Part shown: positions 21,649 through 33,878 of the stretch, one piece after another | Layout: every line of letters begins with the position of its first letter | Position numbering within the stretch: position 1 is the first letter of the stretch | Position numbers and translations under genes: made by a program | NCBI GenBank assembly: GCA_026025795.1 | Contig: JAPEUG010000098.1 | Span: 1 to 48,853 of the forward strand | Source: Thelocarpon superellum | Lineage: Eukaryota | Reading direction: 5' to 3' | Length of the DNA stretch: 48,853 nt | Notes under the pieces: model-generated | The model's input: the letters and a program-made list of their open reading frames with translations, nothing else | Told to the model about the DNA's origin: nothing | The model's database searches: none

Positions 21649-23404
21649 CTACGCCGCCCCAGCTCTCTTGTCCCTTTTCAATGGAGAAAAGACGCCAAAA
21701 CCCGAGGAACCGCCCAACGCCACCGAACTACTTCCTTTGGACCGAGCCGGACCTCCCTTGACCCATGACGGAAAGGCCTTGGAGGCGCCTGATGAAACCT
21801 TGGCCGGTTTGGCCGCCTCGCCGTCGTCATCATCAAACAGCGTCTTCCCCGCGCCGCCGCTGAGCATCTTCCGCTTCTTCTTCTTGGGTTCCGTCTCTTC
21901 CACCAGGGACGGGAGGAAGGTCAACCGCTTCTTGGTCGGCTTGGTCGGGTCCTCGGACGAGCTCACGGATGTGGTGGTCACCTCCTTGGGTGCCTCGTTC
22001 TCTTCGTTCTCTTCATTCCCCTCTTCGACCACATTCTCGAGCGTGGATCGCGCTCGCTTGCGTGTCTCGGATGGCCGTGCGTTCGGTTTGATGGCCGTCA
22101 GGGCCGTGGCATCTTGATCTTTCCCGCCCGACGTGACACTCTTCACCGGTTTCGTCGCGCGAGATGCACTTGCGCCGGTCGAGGTCGCGGTGGCCGGTCG
22201 GTCTACTCGGGCGGGCCCGGACGGGGACGGCCCAGGCAAGTCCTGGGTCTCCGGCGCTTGGGGCGATTCCGGGGCAAGGCTGGTCCGACTCAAAAAGGGC
22301 GTGATGGAAAAGGCGGACTTCTCGCCAGGCATGGCCGACGCTCGTCGCTCGCGCACCGTGGATCCGCGTCGGCCGGCCAGACCGTCGGGGGTGCCGATGG
22401 TCTGGTAGTGCTCCACGTGAGAGGCGGTGCGCTTGCGAGGATTCTTGGTCAACTCGGGCCGGGTGGCGGCCTCGGCGGCCGTGGCTGCGGCAGCTTGCGC
22501 CTGCTCCAGCTGCTCCCGCGTCTCCTTGAGCTCCTCCTTGGTGGAGCGAAGCTTGGTCCGCATGGCGTCCAGCTTGCTCTCCAGCACCGCCTTGCGAGGC
22601 TCCCACTCGGCCACGCCCTTCTTCGCCTCGCGTTCCACCCGTTCTCGCTCGCGTCTCTCCTTGGCGAGCTCTTTCCGGAGGCTCTCCAGCTGCTTCTCCG
22701 CCTCGTGGTCCTGCGAGGCCGTGTCTTTCCCCTTCTTCTGCGCCCGCTGAGCCGCGCGCTTCTCCGTCTCGACCTCCACTTGCAGCGTGCTGACTTGTCG
22801 CTGGAGCGCCAGCTTGTCCGACAGCGCCGCCTGATGTGCGACGGCCTGGGCGCGAAGATGCTCCAGCTCGGGCTTGAGACTGGCCAGTTCGTGCGACAGC
22901 GCATACTTCTCCGTCATCAGCTTGGCCGAGGCCGCGGACGACTCGTGCAGCGCGTTGAGCTCCGCCTAGATCCTGTCAGCTGCCGCCGTGCCGTGACCGC
23001 GGAGGCGTCTCCACCTTTAAGATGTCCGTCTCGCGAGCCTTCGCGCGTAGAGACCCCAAGGTCTGAATGTGTGTGCTCTCCGTCTCCTCCAGGCGCTCGC
23101 GGGTCTCCAACATCTCTCGCTCCAGTCGATCCATGCGATCCTCCTCCTCCATCAGCTGCCCATGCAGGTCGTCGTTGTCGTGCGCGAGCAGCAAGTTCTC
23201 CACCCGTAAGCGACGAGTAGCTTCTGCATGGGTGGTCGTCTCCATGGCGCGCAGGCTCTGTTCGTATGCCCTCTCCAGCGACTCCAACACGGTCGTCTGC
23301 CCGTGGTCAGCGGGCTACATGGCACGGGAGGGTGGACCGACCTCTTCTTTATCGTGCACATCATAGCCATGGAGGGTCAATGGCATGATTCTCATGGCTG
23401 TCAT
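21649..23404 (-). CDS. Coiled-coil protein with a basic, S/T-P-rich disordered C-terminus (tentatively Mde4/Lrs4-like)
   Basis: Long heptad-rich frames 21649-22967 and about 23017-23298 are joined by introns. C-terminal motifs AFSITPFL, KKKKRKML..KTLFDDDD and FSPLKRDKR. The start codon is uncertain. Confidence 0.7.
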
Positions 23405-23777
23405 GGTGTCGGGGTGGAGCGCCCTCGATGGATCGAGTGACTGGAGATAACGGTGTACGATTCCAAGAACGGAAGAGGGTCTGCTCGGTGCTGCGAGTGT
23501 TGACAAACACCTCGAATGGGTTTAGCGGGCTAAGACGCCGATGACATAAGCGAGAGGGTGAATGAAATCACTGGGTAAGCGAGGGTGCGGTGACAGGTGA
23601 GGACAGATTATGGATTCGCGTGACAGCAAGGACGAAAGTTAAGAGCCAAGTTGCAGGTCAAGCAGTGCGGGTTCCAGCCGGAGTAGCAGGACGGCAGAGC
23701 TTCCATTTCTTCCACGTGGTGCCCAGGACACCGGCAGGCCTCCTCGAAGGCCTCATCGAACCCCCCGCTCCCTCACC

Positions 23778-24890
23778 ATGAAGTTGGTGCAGACTCTGGT
23801 CCTGGGCCTGCTGCCGTGGACGGCTTTGGCAGCGAAGAAGTCGACGGTGACGACCGACGACCGGTTCGCGCAGTATCACAGCCAATCCCTCTCCGCCGGA
23901 CCATTGAAGCTCGACGAGGCCAGCTTTGATGACCTGACCGCCGCACCGCGCAACTTCTCCGCCGCCGTCTTGCTCACGGCCCGCGGCGACCGCTTTGGCT
24001 GTGTGCTCTGCCGCGAGTTCCAGCCGGAGTGGGACTTGCTGGGCAAGAGCTGGGCCAAGGGGGACAAAGCCGGCGACTCCAACGTCATCTTTGGCACCCT
24101 GGACTTTAACGACGGCAAGGGTCCCTTTCAGAAACTGCAATTGCAGACCGTCCCCATCCTCGTCGTCTATCTCCCGACCGTGGGAGCCCATGCGGCGGCC
24201 AGCCCGGATCCCGTGCGATATTCCTTTAGCGACGGGTAGGTCACGTCTGGACCACGCGACGTTCCAAGGAGACGGACTGATGACGAGATGTGCAGGCAAG
24301 GTAGTATCGACAAGGTGCATGGCTGGATCTCGCGCCAGCTGCCCGAGGGTCCTCGACCACCCATCGTACGCCCCATCAACTACCTCCGCATCGTCGTCGT
24401 AACGACGGCGGTGCTGGGCGTCATCACCTTCGTCAGCGTCGCCGCCCCATACATCCTCCCCGTCGTGCAGAATAAGAACCTATGGGCCGCCACGACCCTG
24501 ATCGCCGTCCTGTTGTTCACCAGCGGTCATATGTTCAACCACATCCGCAAGGTTCCCTACGTCGCGGGCGACGGAAAGAACGGAATCAGCTATTTCGCCG
24601 GGGGCTTCCAGAGTCAGTATGGCCTAGAGACGCAAATCGTCGCCGCCATGTGTGAGTGTCCCGGAAAGTCCCCGAGGCCGTCTTGCATGCTCACGCTGAC
24701 GATCGCAGACGGCGTGCTTGCCTTTGCCACCATTTCCCTCGCCATGAAAGTCCCTCGCATGTCAGATCCGCGCGCACAGCAGGTGGCCGTTTTTGCCTGG
24801 TCCGCCGTTATGCTCGGCATGTATAGCTTCTTGATGAGTGTCTTCCGGATCAAGAACGGAGGATATCCCTTTTACCTACCGCCTTTCTGA
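23778..24890 (+). CDS. OST3: Oligosaccharyltransferase gamma subunit (Ost3/Ost6 family)
   Basis: Signal peptide, thioredoxin-like CVLC, SGHMFNHIRKVPY, QYGLETQI, and C-terminal FRIKNGGYPF. Introns 24236-24295 and 24652-24708. Confidence 0.93.
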
Positions 24891-24913
24891 ACGGAGGCTG
24901 CTGAAGGGGATGG

Positions 24914-25017
24914 GACGGAGGAGAGACGGAGGAGAGACGGAGGAGAGACGGAGGAGAGACGGAGGAGAGACGGAGGAGAGACGGAGGAGAGACGGAGGAG
25001 AGACGGAGGAGAGACGG
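24914..25017 (+). repeat. 11-bp minisatellite (GACGGAGGAGA) x9 plus a partial unit
   Basis: Nine perfect units at 24914-25012 plus GACGG, starting 23 bp after the OST3 stop. Confidence 0.97.
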
Positions 25018-25255
25018 TTGAAAGCGACGAGCGGAGAGAGGGGCCGTCACCGGTGGAGCACAATGTAATCTAGAGCGTTGGTCGCACTGATTACTCGACT
25101 GGGAGTCTGATACGTTAGCGTTAGGAGGGCGATGGAGAGACGTAGGCATTCTGGCAGGACTTGAGATTGGTGTGATCGTGGCGTGACGGGAGCTCTTCCC
25201 GAGCCAACCGCAGTGTCCAGTCCTCGTACCACGTCGTCTTCACCAACATGGCGAG

Positions 25256-27194
25256 ATGGCCAACACGGCAGACACGACGGAGTCTGTCACGGAGGCTGCC
25301 GCGTCGGCCGATTCCCCATCCTTGCTGTCGTCCTCGGCCCAAGGCGCCTCCTACTTGATCCTGCTGCAGATTCTCTCCCGCTTCCTCACCTTCACCGTCA
25401 ACCTCCTCCTGCTGCGATATATCCACCCCGAGCTCCTCGGCATCACCGCCCAACTGGAAATCTACCAGACCTCCGTCCTCTATTTTGCCCGCGAGAGCTT
25501 GCGCATCGCCATTCAGCGGCAGAGCGATGAGGCCGAGGAAACCACGGAGATCGGGCGAGCCAAGAAGGGCTCTCACGTAGGGCACAAGGATGGTGGTGGC
25601 GTGGTTGGCAACACCCCGGCCGGACGGTCACAGGCCGTGGTCAACCTGGCCTATGTGTCCATCGGTCTCGGCGTCCCCTTCGCCGTCGCCTTGGCTGCCC
25701 TCTACCTACGCTCGCAGGCTGGAGAGCCCGTCGTGCTCGCCCGAGCATGGCTCCACGAGTCCGTCTACGTCTACGGCCTGGCCGCCCTGGTGGAGCTGCT
25801 GACGGAGCCGTGCTTCGTCATTGTGCAGCAGAAGATGCTCTACCGCATCCGTGCGGCGGCAGAGGCCACCGCGACGATCCTCCGAGGCCTCATTACCTGC
25901 GGCCTGACCATCCTCGCGGCCAGGGAGGGCACGGAATTCGGGGCACTGCCCTTTGCCGTGGGCCACCTGAGCTATGCTCTCATCCTGGGCGTCATCTACT
26001 ACTGGCAGGTGTCTGGGGTGTCACGAAGCAGCGGTTTCTCCTTGTGGTGCCGACAGATTGCGTCGAGGTAGGCCAACACCCACGATTAAGGGCGTCCACT
26101 GATCCGGGAGACAGTGACCCTGCTCAATACGTACTCTCGTCCTTCTCCCGGCCCTTGCTCTCCGTCGGTGCTAGTCTCTTCGCCCAGTCCGCCATCAAAC
26201 ATGTCCTGACCCAAGGCGACGCGCTCCTCATCGGCACGCTCTCGACCATCCACGACTCAGGCATCTACGGCATGGCGTCCAACTACGGCGGCCTGATCGC
26301 ACGGGTGATTCTCCAACCAATCGAAGAAAGCTGCCGGAACCTGTTCTCCAAGCTCCTCTCGACGAACGGCCCCTCGGAGAAGCCCCATTCCGCGGCCCTC
26401 CATGCCGCGCGAAGCATCCTGCAGGACATCATCCGGGTTTACCTGACGCTCTCCATCATCGTGGCGACCTTTGGGCCCATCGTCGCACCCTTGCTGCTCC
26501 GGCTGGTGGTGGGGCCGCGCTGGATCGAATCCGGCGCGGGCGCGGCCCTGTCCACATACTGCTACTACATCCCCGTGCTAGCGCTCAATGGCGTGACGGA
26601 AGCCTTCATCGCCAGCGTCGCCACGCCCGCCGATCTGCAGGAGCAATCGCTATGGATGCTGGCCTTTTCTGCGGGCTTTGCCGTCTCGGGCTATGTCTTC
26701 CTCCGGGTGCTTCAGTGGGGCGCCCAGGGGCTGGTGTGGGCTAATGTCGCCAACATGCTGCTACGGGTGATCTGGAGCGGGCGATTCATCGCGCGCTATC
26801 TGTCATCGTCATCTCCGCCATCGACGTGCTCATCGTCAGAAGGGCGCAGCTCAAACGGTGCACCAATCCAATGGGCACAGATCCTGCCCAGCGGGACCAG
26901 CATCGCGTCAGGTGTCGCCACGTCTGCGATACTGGCACGCATGAATCAGGGCGGGTATTTGAGCAGAGGGGCGATTATGGATCTTGTGACGGTCGCGCAG
27001 GTCGCGGTGCCGTTTCTTCTGCTCTTGTACGTCTCCTCTCCTCTCGTCGCTCCCGCTCCTCCTATCTACAAGGCCGTTGAGAGCTAACGACGCACAGGGC
27101 CTTCTTGGAGCGCAACTTCCTCCGACATTGCTACCACCGCATGCGACCACAGGAGAAAACTCAGGAAAAGGAAAAGGAGAAGAAGGAGATATAG
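25256..27194 (+). CDS. RFT1: Rft1 lipid-linked oligosaccharide translocation protein
   Basis: Exons 25256-26067, 26115-27026 and 27098-27194. Motifs: GASYLILLQILSRFLTF, YFARESLR, KHVLTQGD, SNYGGLIAR..QPIEES, LALNGVTEAF, GLVWANVANM. Confidence 0.95.
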
Positions 27195-27248
27195 ACAGAT
27201 GTACGAGCGATGAGCAATCATCAATTGTCAATCATCAATCATCTAACA

Positions 27249-29120
27249 TCAGTCGTCAAACTTGATCTTAACAGCAGCCTTGACCTCGCCGGCCTCCGGC
27301 GCCTTGTAGAAATTCCCGTACGCCTCGTGCGTCCTCTTCTTGACGGCGCCACCAAACTTCAGCAAGTCAGGCGGGACGGGCTGGTTCGCGGCGCGGAGGA
27401 CATTGATCAGGGCACCGGACAGCGCCTTGTCGTGCTCCGTGAACAGCGTGATGGCCGTGCCGGGCTGGCCTGCGCGCCCTGTGCGCCCGATGCGATGCAC
27501 GTAGTCCTCCACCGTCAGCGGGAACGTGAGGTTCAGAACGAGCTTGACGGCGGGTATGTCCAGGCCGCGCGCCGCGACGTCCGTGGCCACCAGGACGGTG
27601 GCCGCGCCGGACTTGAACGCGCCCAGGCTCGCGGTCCGCTGTGCCTGCGAGAGGTCGCCGTGGATGGAGGCCACGCGCAGCGCGGTCCGCGCGCGCAGAA
27701 GCGCCTCGATCCGCGTCGCTTCTTTCTTGTACAGGCAGAAGACGAGGATGCGGTCGTTGCGGAGTGGCCCGGCTTGGTACGTCTTGAGGAGGGCGAGGAG
27801 CCGGGCCTGCTTCGCTTGTGGGTCCAGCACTTCGACGCTTTGCGTGATTCGCCCGTTCGCGCGTAGGTCGCCGCTGGGGTTGTTGTCGCCGATGGCGATC
27901 TTGATCGGTGAGATCATGAATGTCCCGGCGAGGTCCCGAACCGAAGGCGGCCACGTCGCGGTGAACATGAGGGTTTGTCGCTTGCTCGGCCCAGGTGTCG
28001 TGCTGATGATTTTGCGGATCTCGTCTTCGAAGCCTGTGCTTGTGGCGTTAGATTTGACACGAAGGGAGGGGGGAGAAGAGGGAGAGGAGGATGGATGGGG
28101 GAGGCGGTGCGGACCTTTGTCTAGCATGCGGTCCGCTTCGTCAAGGACCACGTAGCCTACTTTGCTGAGATCCGCCACGCCCTCGTTGATGAGGTCGTTC
28201 AAGCGTCCCGGGGTGGCGATAACGATGCTCGCCGTTCGGAGCGCCGTGCGTTGCTCGTCTTTGGACACACCGCCGTACACGCACACGGCCCCGAGCCCAG
28301 CGGGCGTAGCGAGCTTGACGACTTGCTCGTGGATCTGCATCGCCAGTTCTCGCGTCGGAGAGACGATCAAGGCTCGAACTCCTCGTGCTCTCTTTCCTGG
28401 CTGGTCGCCTCCAAGGGACTGTATATATCGGATGCACGGCACGGCAAAGGCCAGCGTTTTTCCTGACCCTGTCTCCGCTACTCCAACCACGTCTCGTCCA
28501 GAGAGTAGGAACGGCCATGCTGCCGCTTGGATGGGTGTCGGAGATGAGAATCCCTGGAATGGGTTGCCCGGGATTGTGTTCTTGTTTGGGAGGTGGGCAA
28601 AGGCGGTGATGGGGCGAAGTGGGGCGAAGGCCGATTTGGGATCGCTGATGGTGATGAAGTGTTCGGAGAGGTAGGCGTCGATATCGCTCTGAGGGAGGTG
28701 TGCGAGGGCGGGCTCTTCGACGTAGCCCGACGCGGAAACATGGCCGTTGCTCGGGGGCTTCTGCTGAGACTCCTTGTCCGTGGGCGTGACTGGTGCTGGG
28801 ACTGACGTATGATCCTTCTTGGCCATTTTCTTCTTCGGCCTCACCTCCATGGCCTTGATCTCCTCAACCTCCATCGCGTGCCGATTAGTCTCGACCGCAA
28901 TATGCTTGGCGGATATCTCCAAGTCTGTGGCAGCCTTGCGCAATTTCCTGAGCCTCTTCCCTTCTCTGCGTTGCTTCTTCAATGCCTTTTCGTCCGTCTT
29001 GACATCTGACCTGCCGCTCTTCCGTTCCTCTTTGCGACTCTTCTTGCTCGCGCGAGACTCGCTCACCGAGCCAGTCTTCTCCACTCCATTTGATACGTCG
29101 TCCAGAGTGCGTTTGCCCAT
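27249..29120 (-). CDS. DBP3: DEAD-box RNA helicase Dbp3 (ribosome biogenesis)
   Basis: Lys-rich N-terminus, [46 protein letters not shown], and C-terminal [20 protein letters not shown]. An 81-nt in-frame intron lies at 28034-28114. Confidence 0.95.
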   Translation of the reverse strand: MGKRTLDDVSNGVEKTGSVSESRASKKSRKEERKSGRSDVKTDEKALKKQRREGKRLRKLRKAATDLEISAKHIAVETNRHAMEVEEIKAMEVRPKKKMAKKDHTSVPAPVTPTDKESQQKPPSNGHVSASGYVEEPALAHLPQSDIDAYLSEHFITISDPKSAFAPLRPITAFAHLPNKNTIPGNPFQGFSSPTPIQAAAWPFLLSGRDVVGVAETGSGKTLAFAVPCIRYIQSLGGDQPGKRARGVRALIVSPTRELAMQIHEQVVKLATPAGLGAVCVYGGVSKDEQRTALRTASIVIATPGRLNDLINEGVADLSKVGYVVLDEADRMLDKGPHRLPHPSSSPSSPPSLRVKSNATSTGFEDEIRKIISTTPGPSKRQTLMFTATWPPSVRDLAGTFMISPIKIAIGDNNPSGDLRANGRITQSVEVLDPQAKQARLLALLKTYQAGPLRNDRILVFCLYKKEATRIEALLRARTALRVASIHGDLSQAQRTASLGAFKSGAATVLVATDVAARGLDIPAVKLVLNLTFPLTVEDYVHRIGRTGRAGQPGTAITLFTEHDKALSGALINVLRAANQPVPPDLLKFGGAVKKRTHEAYGNFYKAPEAGEVKAAVKIKFDD

Positions 29121-29237
29121 TTTATGTTGGTAACTGGGTCCTCGATGAATTATCTCCTCTACAGCTCAGCAAGAAAATCAATCCGCCCGTAGTGGGACAT
29201 GCGGATTAATGTTTTACCGAACGCCGTGCCGTACCGA

Positions 29238-29317
29238 GTACGACGGACTATAACGCCGAGTGCGACACATTCGCGAATTCGCGGATGTGTCGCACTCGGC
29301 GTTATAGTCCGTCGTAC
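29238..29317. repeat. 80-bp loopless palindrome (40-bp arms, 39/40 complementary)
   Basis: GTACGACGGACTATAACGCCGAGTGCGACACATTCGCGAA is immediately followed by its reverse complement, centred on GAATTC at 29275-29280. The single mismatch is T29271/G29284. Confidence 0.97.
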
Positions 29318-29564
29318 CCGAGCTACTCGCCCAGGTACGGGATACGAGACCTGGAACAATAATCGTGAGGGGCAGTACGTCACTTGCCTTGTATGGTGAA
29401 GAAAGTACTTCGTACCTCATTCGAGTATCAAACGCTCGTGGCTCGTAGAGGAAACGATTCGCCATCAATTTGGTGTGCAGACTTGATCCTCATGCTCATT
29501 CTGCCACCAGAACATTGACCGACTCGTCTTGACCCGCCAACCTCCTCACCTCGGCCTCGTCAAC

Positions 29565-30749
29565 ATGACGAACAAAATGAAAGCAGTTGGTAAGTAACAC
29601 GCAACCCCTCTTTTCTGATCGGCCCTGGCTGATCTTCATTCGATAGCCATCCGCAACGGAAAAGGACCCTCAGATGCACTGTTCGTGGACAACGACACCC
29701 CAAAGCCCACGCCCAAGGCCTCCGACGCCTTGGTCAAGATCAAAGCATTCGGCTTGAACCGCATGGACCTCCTGGAGCGAGAGGGCAAATACCCCAAACC
29801 GCCTCAAGCCCCCGAGACCATGGGGGTGGAATTCTCCGGCGTCATCGAGGCCTTTGGATCGAATCCCGAGCGGGGGTTCAAGGTGGGAGACGAGGTATTC
29901 GGGTTAGCCTATGGAGGTACGGGGAAACAGTGCACATTGACCGCGGGATCTCGACAACTGCCGTGCTGATCCAACCACAGGGGCATATGCCGAATACATT
30001 GCCGTGTCCACGCACATGCTGATCCACAAGCCCAAAGAGCTCTCATGGGAGCAAGCGGCCGGAGTGCCCGAAGTACGGCCCTCATCCCTGTTGCTCGCTC
30101 CACCCTTTACTCACACCACCAGACCTGGATCACCGCCACGCAAGCCCTGTACCTCGTCGGCGAGTTCGAACCCGGCAAGACGGTACTCTGGCACGCTGGT
30201 GCATCCTCCGTCTCCATCGCGGGCGTGCAACTCAGCCGGCGCGACGGCGCCGCAGCAGTCTACGTGACGGCCGGGTCGGACGACAAGATCGATTTCTGCG
30301 TCAAGGAGCTCGGCGCCACGGCAGGCTTCAATTATCACACGCAGGACTGGGCGGAGGAAATCCTGAATGCAACTGGCGGCAAGGGGGTCGACATCATCAT
30401 CGACTTCATCGGAGCCAATTACTTCAGCGACAACCTCAAGGCAGCGGCGCGCGATGCGCGTATTGTCAACCTGGCCTGTCTCGGCGGCGCGGTTCTCCCG
30501 GCCGGTGTGAACATCTGGCATTTCGTCATGAAGCGGCTGCGCTTCGAGGGGAGCAGTCTGCGCAGTCGCGACCTGGAGTATCAGGGTAAACTGCGGGATT
30601 CGCTGCTCGAGCATGCGTTGCCGAAGTTCGTGGACGGCACGTTCAAGATCTTCGTCGAGCGCGTCTTTCCCATGTCGCACATCGTCGACGCCCATAAGCT
30701 CATGGAGTCCAATCAGACCAAGGGCAAGATTATTTGTATCGTGGACTAG
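29565..30749 (+). CDS. NAD(P)H quinone oxidoreductase, PIG3/zeta-crystallin (MDR) family
   Basis: MKAV, VKIKAFGLNRMDL, MGVEFSG, GLAYGG|AYAEY, HAGASSVSIA, GSSLRSRD, MESNQTKGKI; three short introns. Confidence 0.92.
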
Positions 30750-31034
30750 GCTCTCCATGCTCACCTTCACCATCACCTTTATCATCTTCACCGTCACCTT
30801 CGCTTCACATGGGCAGGACGACTCCCTGTAGGGCAGGTCTAATGCAAAAGCGTGTGCTTGATCCATGCTCGGTCATGACAGACAGAAAGGCAGACAATTC
30901 GGCCGACCGACAGGATGCGACTAGGTACGAATTCCAGTAGATTCCCAGTGCCCGCAGGTGCCTTGTTCCCTGTTCTCCTCGTAGACGCCAAAACCACCCT
31001 CGGATTCCCGCCACCATGTCCCGCCACACTCCAC

Positions 31035-33097
31035 CTACTCGATGGAATACAACTGGAGCGTCTCGGCGAGCTTGGCGCATTCGGCGGGGTAGTTGATGGC
31101 ATTGGCGGACGAAACTTGGTAGCGGACACTAGGGGACGGTCATCAACAAGCGCAACTTTGTGGGGGCGGGGGGTGGAGAGAGGGAGGGAGGACGGGAGGG
31201 AGACAAACCGTTGCTGGTCCTGGTAATTATCCATCTTGGCCCGACATCGGAAGATCCACGTCTTGCACGTGGCCTTCTGGAAGAGCTCCCCGGCCGCCTT
31301 CTCGTCGCTCTCGCGCAGCTCGTTCAGCTGGTCGGCGCTGACGCCCATGAGCAGGCGGCCCGTGTCGTCGAAGCAGCTGAGCCAGATCTGGCCCGTGTGG
31401 TCGCTGACGTTGATCGACATGATGTAGCGGTACTCCGGCCGCGGATGCGTCTTGTCGCACTTCTCGCACCGCCATTGCCCCGGGTCAAGCTCCACCACCT
31501 TCTTGTTGCAGCCTTCGGAGAGGCAGGCCGGGTACGACACGTTCTCCTGCCGGATGTAGATGACCGTCGCCTTGGTGGTGAAGTAGTCCACCTCGTCCGA
31601 CATGCCGAGGTTCTCGTCTTTGACCTGCGCAATCGTCTTGGTCACGTCCTTGCGTCCGCCGGCGGCACCAGCGGCGGCACCCATGGAGGCGTGGGTGGCA
31701 AAGGTGTCCGACCGGCCCTGCGCGTCGTACCATCCCTTGAGCTTGTGCGCCTCGTCGATGTCCGGGTCCACGGTCATGGAGCCCGAGGACAGCAGGCTCA
31801 GACTGCGTCCGCCAAAGTCCGAGACCTTCAGGCCCTTGAAGGCGATGACCGAGTCCTCGGGCGTGTCAAAGGTGTTGGCCGTCGCGCCCCACACCGTCAG
31901 GCGCACGGAGAAGCCGGAGCTGTCGACCAGGGTCAGCTCGCGTTTGTCGTAGGGCTTGCTTGTCGTCTTGGACGTGATCTGCGACACCTCGCCGACCTCC
32001 TTGAGCACGCCGATGACGTCGATTGTCGTGTCCTTCTCCACGTTCTGCAGCTCGCCGATGTTGGTGAAGTTGAAGCGCACCTGCGGCACGTCGGCCTGGT
32101 CCTCGGCCTTCTCCACCATCGTGTCGCGCTCGAACGTCAGCTCGTAGTCGTTGTTGAGGTTGGTGAACTGCTTCTTGGCCAGCTGCGTCTTGCACGGCGT
32201 CGAGATGTAGTAGACCCCGCCCTCTTGGAAGAGCTCGTACAACGCGTCGCATTGCTCATTGAACCCTGTCGCCCGAATCTCGCCGCTGTCGTCCAGCAGG
32301 TTGACGCTGAACAGTTTGCCCTCGCCATTCTTGTTGTGCCAGTGCTTGATCTCGCCCTTGCTCGTACACCGCGCCTTGATCGTCCACTTGTGCGTGTAGG
32401 GCGAGATGCTCTCGATTGGGTAGATGTTGGCATGGGCCGAGGAGCCGCCGGCATGGCGTGACGGGAGCGACGGCGCCCCGCCCAGACCCGAGCCGGCGGC
32501 CGCTTTGTTGCCGTAGAAGCCGTTGCTCGAGATGGTCGTCGGCTGCGCCTTGCTCTCCTCCTCCTCCGACTTGACCTCGAGCGCCTTGGGATCGCCAATC
32601 TTCTCCACCTCGCCAAATTCCTCGAGCACGTCGAGGTCGAGCACGATGAGAATGCGCTTGCCCTTGACGATGTTGGGCGAATATCCCTTGAGACGCACCA
32701 GACAACCCTTCTTCAGCTTGCCGTCATGGATGACCCAGTTGATCTCTGTCAGACGTTAGTGCTTTCCCGTCATCGGCTTGGTTCAGGCTGGGCAAGTGGG
32801 GCCAAGACTCACGCGTGGCGAGCATGCTCTGGGCAAAGTTGTTGACATCGCTGAAGACGACCCGAAAGCGTTCGGGACCGTTCTGCTGTTGACTGGCCAA
32901 GGGTTTGATCTGCAAGCATTGGAGCACTGGCTGCAGCGCGTTCGCATCGGTCTCGGTGCCAGCATTGAAGATGGTGCTACCGTTACATCTCCGGTCAGTC
33001 TGGCGCTCGCAACATCATGCTGGCCCGCGGGGACGATGTGGGGGCGCACATACGTCAATGATCCTTTCGAGATGTGGGACTCTGCGTCGGACGCCAT
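31035..33097 (-). CDS. RFA1: Replication protein A large subunit (RPA70)
   Basis: N-terminal OB fold (PVLQCLQIK..RFRVVFSD), IESISPY..WTIKARCTSK, GEGKLFSVNLLD, zinc motif C..CNKK..CEKC, and last exon VRYQV..LYSIE with the stop at 31035-31037. Confidence 0.96.
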
Positions 33098-33294
33098 GTT
33101 GATGTTACAGAAGGCTCGAGGTCCGCCAGACGGGTGGGATCGAGCGAGTGGCGATGGGAGGGTAGGTATTGTTGTTACACAGCTCCTCGGGACGCCTCAT
33201 CAAGGGGATTTCTCTCCTCGCCACGATCTCGCTCAGAGCGAGACGCTGCTACTACTAGTACTACTAGTACTATGAGTAGTAGCTGCGGTAACGA

Positions 33295-33428
33295 ACGCGT
33301 TGGTGTTCTGGGAGCCACAGGCGTGGTACTCGTACCTGCACTGGAATTGCGCCTAAGCGGGGCAGCAACGCGTCACGCCACCACGCCGCCACGCGTGTAA
33401 AGTGCCGGCTATGTTGATTGATTTCGCG
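33295..33428 (-). promoter_or_regulatory. Cluster of MCB (ACGCGT) boxes and one SCB-like CGCGAAA upstream of RFA1
   Basis: ACGCGT at 33295-33300, 33368-33373 and 33391-33396; TTTCGCG at 33422-33428. These lie 200-330 bp upstream of the RFA1 ATG. RFA1 is a known MBF/G1-S target in yeasts. Confidence 0.65.
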
Positions 33429-33878
33429 TATCCAGGCTGCCCGGTTCTCGGGTGACATGAGTCATCAGGCTACGCCAATCACATTGCCTTACGTCTGCTC
33501 TATGTTTTCCTCCAGGTTGCCCTGCAACCAAAGCTGCTCTGAATGAGAATGATGGGTGATACATGGTGGGAAGTCATCTCTTCCAGGAACGTCAAAGTCA
33601 TGGAGGAAACTCACAGAAGAGAGAAAATTGAATCATGGGCATCCGTCTCCCGGCCGCTATTCATCACGTGCAGCGTGTCGATCGTTCGGTGCCGCCAGTA
33701 GTGGGGGCGGGGTGAAGCGGTACCAAGACGTCTGCCTTCGGTTGTGCTCCCGTGGGAGGGTGGAACGGGAGGGTCAGCTAGCTATCCGACCGTACAGTGC
33801 ACCCCCTGGCCATCTCGATCTCCATTTATCCCCTTAGGCTACGCACATTCTTCGTCGTACTGCCTCTTACACGACATC

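Noticed and set aside
24914..25017. Possible CRISPR-like array
   Set aside because: Head-to-tail 11-mers with no spacers, in a eukaryotic genome.
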